Origin: a virus
Taxonomy: Duplodnaviria > Caudoviricetes
IMG/VR virus record: IMGVR_UViG_3300031760_004705
Coordinates: 24,424 to 88,423 of that record
Length of the DNA: 64,000 nucleotides
Strand: one strand, 5' to 3'
Shown here: piece by piece, positions 59,789-64,000 of the stretch
Numbering within the stretch: the stretch's first letter is position 1
Layout of the letters: each line of letters starts with the position of its first letter
Position numbers and translations under genes: made by a program
The notes under the pieces: model-generated
What the model saw: the letters and a program-made list of their open reading frames with translations, nothing else
Databases searched by the model: none
Told to the model about the DNA's origin: nothing

Positions 59789-61177
59789 TTATTTAACTGT
59801 ATGACGAAGCGCTTCGATGAAAGCAGGAACGCCCTCAGATGCTTCTTCGTCGAGAGAGAAAGTCATTGCTGGAGTAGAATCTTCTACTTCCTCTTCTTGA
59901 CCATCAATCATGTCGAAATTAACGTTCTTTTCAACGTAAATAACAGCTAACTTAGCTTTAATTTCATCAAGACTGAACTCAGATTTATGAGCGATAACCT
60001 CAGCCTTATCTTCATCAGAAAGCATATGATAAGAAGCAATTAAAGCATCTTTTTGCTGATTTTCTACATTAAGCTTAAACTCACGGAGTTCTTTGATCTC
60101 TGCGCGAAGAGAATCAAGTTCTGCTTGTAAAGCTTCGTACTCTTCTAAGGAATGCTGATTAGCAGGCTTCTTTTTGTCATCATCGTCTTCATCATCAGCT
60201 TCATCAGACTCTTCCTCGTCCTTGTCGTCGGAATCATCCTCTTCTTCCTTTTTCTTATCAACAAATTCTTCAGCTGTTTCCTCAACAGTCTCAACGACTG
60301 CGTCAGTATCATCAGCGGGGTCTGTCTCAGTGAACTCTTCTTCCGTAGGCGCGAGCTCTTCATTAGCAGTCTCGTCTACAGGGGTTTCAAGCTCGTGCTC
60401 GAGCACAGGCTCTTCTTCGACAATTTCCGCAGATTCATTATTTAATTCATTTTCAGACATGTTCAACCCTCCTTTGCTATTAAGAGCTGTTTGTAAGTCG
60501 TTCATCATGCTAAATAGGGTCTGTTGGAACTCAGTATCTTTACTAAAGTTCTTACTGACCTCTGGAGACGTTACAGAGGCTCCCTCATAGCAGGGCTCAA
60601 CATTGTCCCCAAGTATGCACAACTTACTGAAAGTTGCGTCATTAATAATGAAGAAATCTACACCAAGATTATTGTCAGTCGCCCAATGTCCTTGAAGTGA
60701 GCTTGAATCTAGCTCCATTGATTGCGGCTGTCCTTCATTAATTACCTTAGCGAGTTCTTCAAATTGACCAGACCAGAGATAACCCGTTGTCATTAGATAG
60801 GTACGTTCAACTTTGTTGTCAAATTCATCTGTGTCTGTAAAGTTCTGGAATCAAACTTCCGCATCAGGTGAAACAAAGCCATACGGAATGGTCTTAACAG
60901 AGAAAGTAACTTCTCCATCTTCAATGTGCATTACATGCCCATGATCGCCAAAGTCTGCTTTATCCTTGTTAAATGCCGCAACAATTGGAGTTCCTCGCAA
61001 TGTTTTAGACATTTCTAAAGCAGTTTCACGATTAATATAAGACCCATTCCGATTGTGACCTAAATAAAAGACTTTAATTTCGCATTTTTGCATCAAAGGG
61101 TTAACGTCAAGAGGCTCAAGATTAATGAACTCGGGGCCTTGAATCATACTTACCTCGGATTTATTCTTTAATGCCAT
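59789..61177 (-). CDS. Prohead protease/scaffold (462 aa, 1 TGA)
   Basis: ORFs 60851..61177 and 59789..60793 joined (AEV-W-FQNF). N-terminal GHNRNGS...LRGTPIV...DFGDHG...TGYLW...QSME protease-like part, then a very acidic scaffold region. Confidence 0.8.
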
Positions 61178-61195
61178 CTATTTTCCCTCCTTTCG

Positions 61196-62761
61196 CTAAC
61201 CCTGTGATTCTTCATTTGCGATAGTCTTATCGGACTTTTCGTCCTGTGGCAGCTCTGGACGGCCACCTTGCTCTCCCGCAGATGGTTCATTACCTGTCTT
61301 GTTACCGTTCCCGCCACCAGACTGTTGAGTTTTGCTTACGGTAGAAGACATTTGCGGAGGAGTAAATATCTCGTCAAGCTTCATCATCTGATTCTCGAAG
61401 ATCGCGGTCGCGAGCACGGTACTAGGAGATTCTCCAAGAGCAATCTGTGGTAATAGTTTGGAAAATCCAATTTGTGTTTGCTCTTTGTAAAGCTTGGAAA
61501 GATCTTTATAATTATAAATAGTTGTAGGAAGCATCTGTACTTGATATTTTAGACGCTTCGGGTTTTTGTTGAAAACTTTTAATAAGCTTTCAGCAAAGTC
61601 CTCAAATTGAAGAAGAAGATTTGTCATAGTAGCTTCGTCATTGAGAATAGACTTCTCAAGAGCTAAGTTACCACTTGTATTAAATTGCATTTGACTAACG
61701 CCAGCTTCATTATAAACTGTACGTTCAACTTTATCTAATTGGTCGGCCGCAGACATATTACCTTTATCAGATAAATCTTCTACGTGTACATCAGCGAAAG
61801 TAGTTAAAACATCTACTCCTACTGCTTGACCAACCATGCCAACTGCATTTTTATGTAACTCTCGAGCTTCATCTACATCGAATACAAGATCACCATTTTT
61901 ATCAATTGGCATCTCTTGGATAATGAGACGAATAAGCTGTTGTTCCATCTTCTTCTGATCTAAATCTTGTGCATCCTCAAGATCAATTAATTTTGGTATA
62001 ATTGATAAAAATAGAGGAATATCACTATGATTAAGATTAAATTTAAAAGCAGCGCCCGCATCTAGAGCAAATCATCCAAGAGTATCACCATTATGATCTT
62101 TCTTTAAAGTATTATGCTTATATTTAATATAAGCTTGTTGAAACTCTTTAGGGAACATTTTTAAAACTCTAATGCGGTATTCGGTATCTGAGAATTTATC
62201 ATCAAAGAATCTGACATTAAATTCTACGATTGGTGAACCGTTAAACTTAAAACGACTGCGGCAGTAGTCAATAGGAAGCTCTTGGATATAACAAGCATTT
62301 TTCTGTTCAATCTTATATCCATAGAAACAACCATTCTTAACAACCTTTAATGCAATTTCACCAAATTCTTTCTTTAAATTACAGTTGTCAAGATAAGCTA
62401 CTGATTTTAATCAACCCTCAATGACCTTTGCATCTTTAATTTTATCATCATATCGAACAGGAATTACTGTCCAATCATATCTATAAAGATAGGCCATATA
62501 ACGGCATAATCGTGAATAAATACCACTTCTAAAGAAGAAATAATTAGAAATGGCCCTAAGTTCTTTTAAATCATGTCGTTCAAGGGCTCTATAAACATCA
62601 TGTTTACGAATTCTGCGGCGATTACGCTTATCAAAAATAGATGTATTTAATGTAACATCATCTTTAAATAGCTTTTGATCAATACGCATTTTATTGAAGT
62701 CTATAGAAGGACGTGCAGTTTCGTTTGAAGCAACTAAACGAAAATCTTTTGTATCACTCAA
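61196..62761 (-). CDS. Portal protein (521 aa, TTG start, 2 TGA)
   Basis: ORFs 62411..62827 and 61196..61948 share one frame via TGA. AAGGAGG RBS. Size and position between terminase and protease. Confidence 0.82.
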
Positions 62762-62774
62762 ATGCTCGACCTCC

Positions 62775-63131
62775 TTAGTATCCAGCCGCCCGCATGATAT
62801 AATCAAAACTAATTTTGTTTTCATCATAATAAGGAATACAAATTAATTTAATACCATGATCTAAACAATATTTTCGCTTTTGCACATCGTTATATTTTTG
62901 CCGTCCAACACCTTTTCGCCCACCAAATTTATCTACTGCGGTGTAATGTTGTTTCCCTTGGGCTTCAATTAAGAAGTCAAGCCCACCATCCTCTGTAAAT
63001 ACGGCAAAATCAAAACGCAAGTGTCTGCCACTTGATGCAATTAAGTCGTCAAACTCGTATTCTTCTTCAAAAGGAACATCATAATCAGTTAAAATATTGT
63101 GAATTTTAACTTCCATAGCTGAACTCATCAT
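62775..63131 (-). CDS. Small PD-(D/E)xK (Vsr/DUF559-like) endonuclease (118 aa)
   Basis: EEEYEFDDL...LRFDFAV...LIEAQGKQHY...QKYNDVQKRKYC..HGIKLICIPY. Confidence 0.78.
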   Translation of the reverse strand: MMSSAMEVKIHNILTDYDVPFEEEYEFDDLIASSGRHLRFDFAVFTEDGGLDFLIEAQGKQHYTAVDKFGGRKGVGRQKYNDVQKRKYCLDHGIKLICIPYYDENKISFDYIMRAAGY

Positions 63132-63213
63132 AATATTCCTCTTTCAGTAAAACTTACTTATTCATTGTATATGGTTTTACAGGATACTCACTAATAAAAT
63201 TTGACCCCAAATT

Positions 63214-64000
63214 TTAATTAAAGAACATAAATTTTGAAATATCTCTTTTACGTTTCTTATTACGAGAATCTTCCTGTAATTTACAATAATATAAGCCATA
63301 TATTAGTGCGGAAAATTTATCCTTTTTAATCTTTTTAGATGCTTGCTTTAAAATAATATGAGCACCATCATTTTCATATATAAGATTTAACATTTGATCT
63401 TTTAAAATACTTGTCTGTACAAATGGCATAAGGTAATCCGCACGTTGAGATTGACTCATCTTTTTACCTTGCGCTTGAGATAATAATTTATTTTTCGCAA
63501 TAGATTCATCAACTAAGAAATTTACTCTACCGGAATTAATTTCTGTTTGACAATAAGCATACATTTCAGAGTTTAATACCTGATTAGCTTTCATAATATA
63601 CATAGCATCAGTTACCGTATCATCTGTTTTCATATTGCGATATTTATTATCTTCGTCGTTCATTACACCTCAATTGTAAAGTGTTTCACCTGTGTCAGGA
63701 TCAATTGTATCCATTGTTAGCATATCTACAAGGCCCGCACCTAGACCGTTACCGTCGATTACAGCTACGCGGCATTTATACTGTTGAAAAATTCTTTTTA
63801 ATTTTAATGCTTGTAAACCAAAGTGTTCTTCGTCAAAAGAATAAATATTAACAATACGTTTGCGCGGAATGTCACCCGCACCTGGAGTTACTTTAATTAT
63901 AACTACTTCAGTAGTACAACCAAATCTACCAACGTCAACACCCATTACATAATATCCATCTTTTGAAGTTTTATTAGAATATTTTCATTCTGGCATATTA
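63214..64000 (-). CDS. terL: Terminase large subunit, C-terminal nuclease domain (5' end outside window)
   Basis: YYVMGVDVGR (RNase H-like first Asp), IDGNGLGAGLVD, KKDKFSALIYG. ORFs 63670..63945 and 63214..63663 joined by TGA (LYN-W-GVM). Confidence 0.88.

Larger units (their letters stand above)
1..64000. other. Tailed phage genome segment using genetic code 4 (TGA = Trp)
   Basis: ORF fragments of each gene share one frame and are separated only by TGA. TGA falls at family-conserved Trp positions (RuvC TG-W-AI and PSH-W-R; GH25 DVSH-W and GM-W-Q; EKGNKPTD-W-SP). TGA and TGG interchange between repeat copies (8266 vs 8206; 44859 vs 44424; 44802 vs 44367). All traced gene ends are TAA or TAG. 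Confidence 0.97.

Noticed and set aside
1174-61453. Plus-strand track ORFs other than 315..515 (e.g. 8156..8443, 13821..14180, 15489..16151, 60174..60590)
   Set aside because: They are antisense shadows of well-supported minus-strand genes, with low-complexity translations and no RBS.
40740-63210. Suppressor tRNA-Trp(UCA) or another tRNA in intergenic gaps
   Set aside because: The few gaps over 70 nt are AT-rich or hold promoter/terminator elements, and I could not see a cloverleaf. It may lie outside the window.
745-64000. Massive pseudogenisation suggested by the fragmented ORF track
   Set aside because: Fragments are in frame, the breaks I traced are all TGA at Trp-type positions, and no frameshifts were found. 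Recoding explains it.
1-64000. TGA = Gly (table 25) or selenocysteine
   Set aside because: TGA pairs with TGG in repeat copies and occupies conserved Trp sites.

Overview
This is 64 kb of an AT-rich, large tailed-phage genome (Caudoviricetes; siphovirus-like, no tail sheath gene seen). The supplied ORF track is fragmented because this phage reads TGA as Trp (translation table 4). The fragments of each gene lie in one frame and are separated only by TGA. TGA and TGG interchange at equivalent positions of internal repeats, and every real gene end I traced is TAA or TAG. Re-read in table 4, the minus strand is one near gap-free morphogenesis and lysis region running right to left: terminase large subunit (partial), PD-(D/E)xK nuclease, portal, prohead protease/scaffold, decoration protein, major capsid, head-tail genes (with an out-of-place holin), tail tube, a 3153-aa tape measure protein, giant tail-tip/baseplate proteins, about 15 accessory fibre/receptor-binding genes, holin and a two-catalytic-domain endolysin. 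It converges at a bidirectional terminator on plus-strand dUTPase and RuvC genes. Most notable observations: (1) two tandem, catalytically intact 140-aa Hint (intein-like) domains inside the tape measure protein, both followed by Lys instead of Cys/Ser/Thr; (2) strongly non-random TGA use, absent from high-copy virion genes but 15 of 20 Trp codons in the endolysin; (3) eleven accessory proteins sharing one N-terminal tag; (4) a GC-rich TGCGG(C)/(G)CCGCA word heavily over-represented across the window. All coordinates, translations and counts were done by hand; no database search was run.
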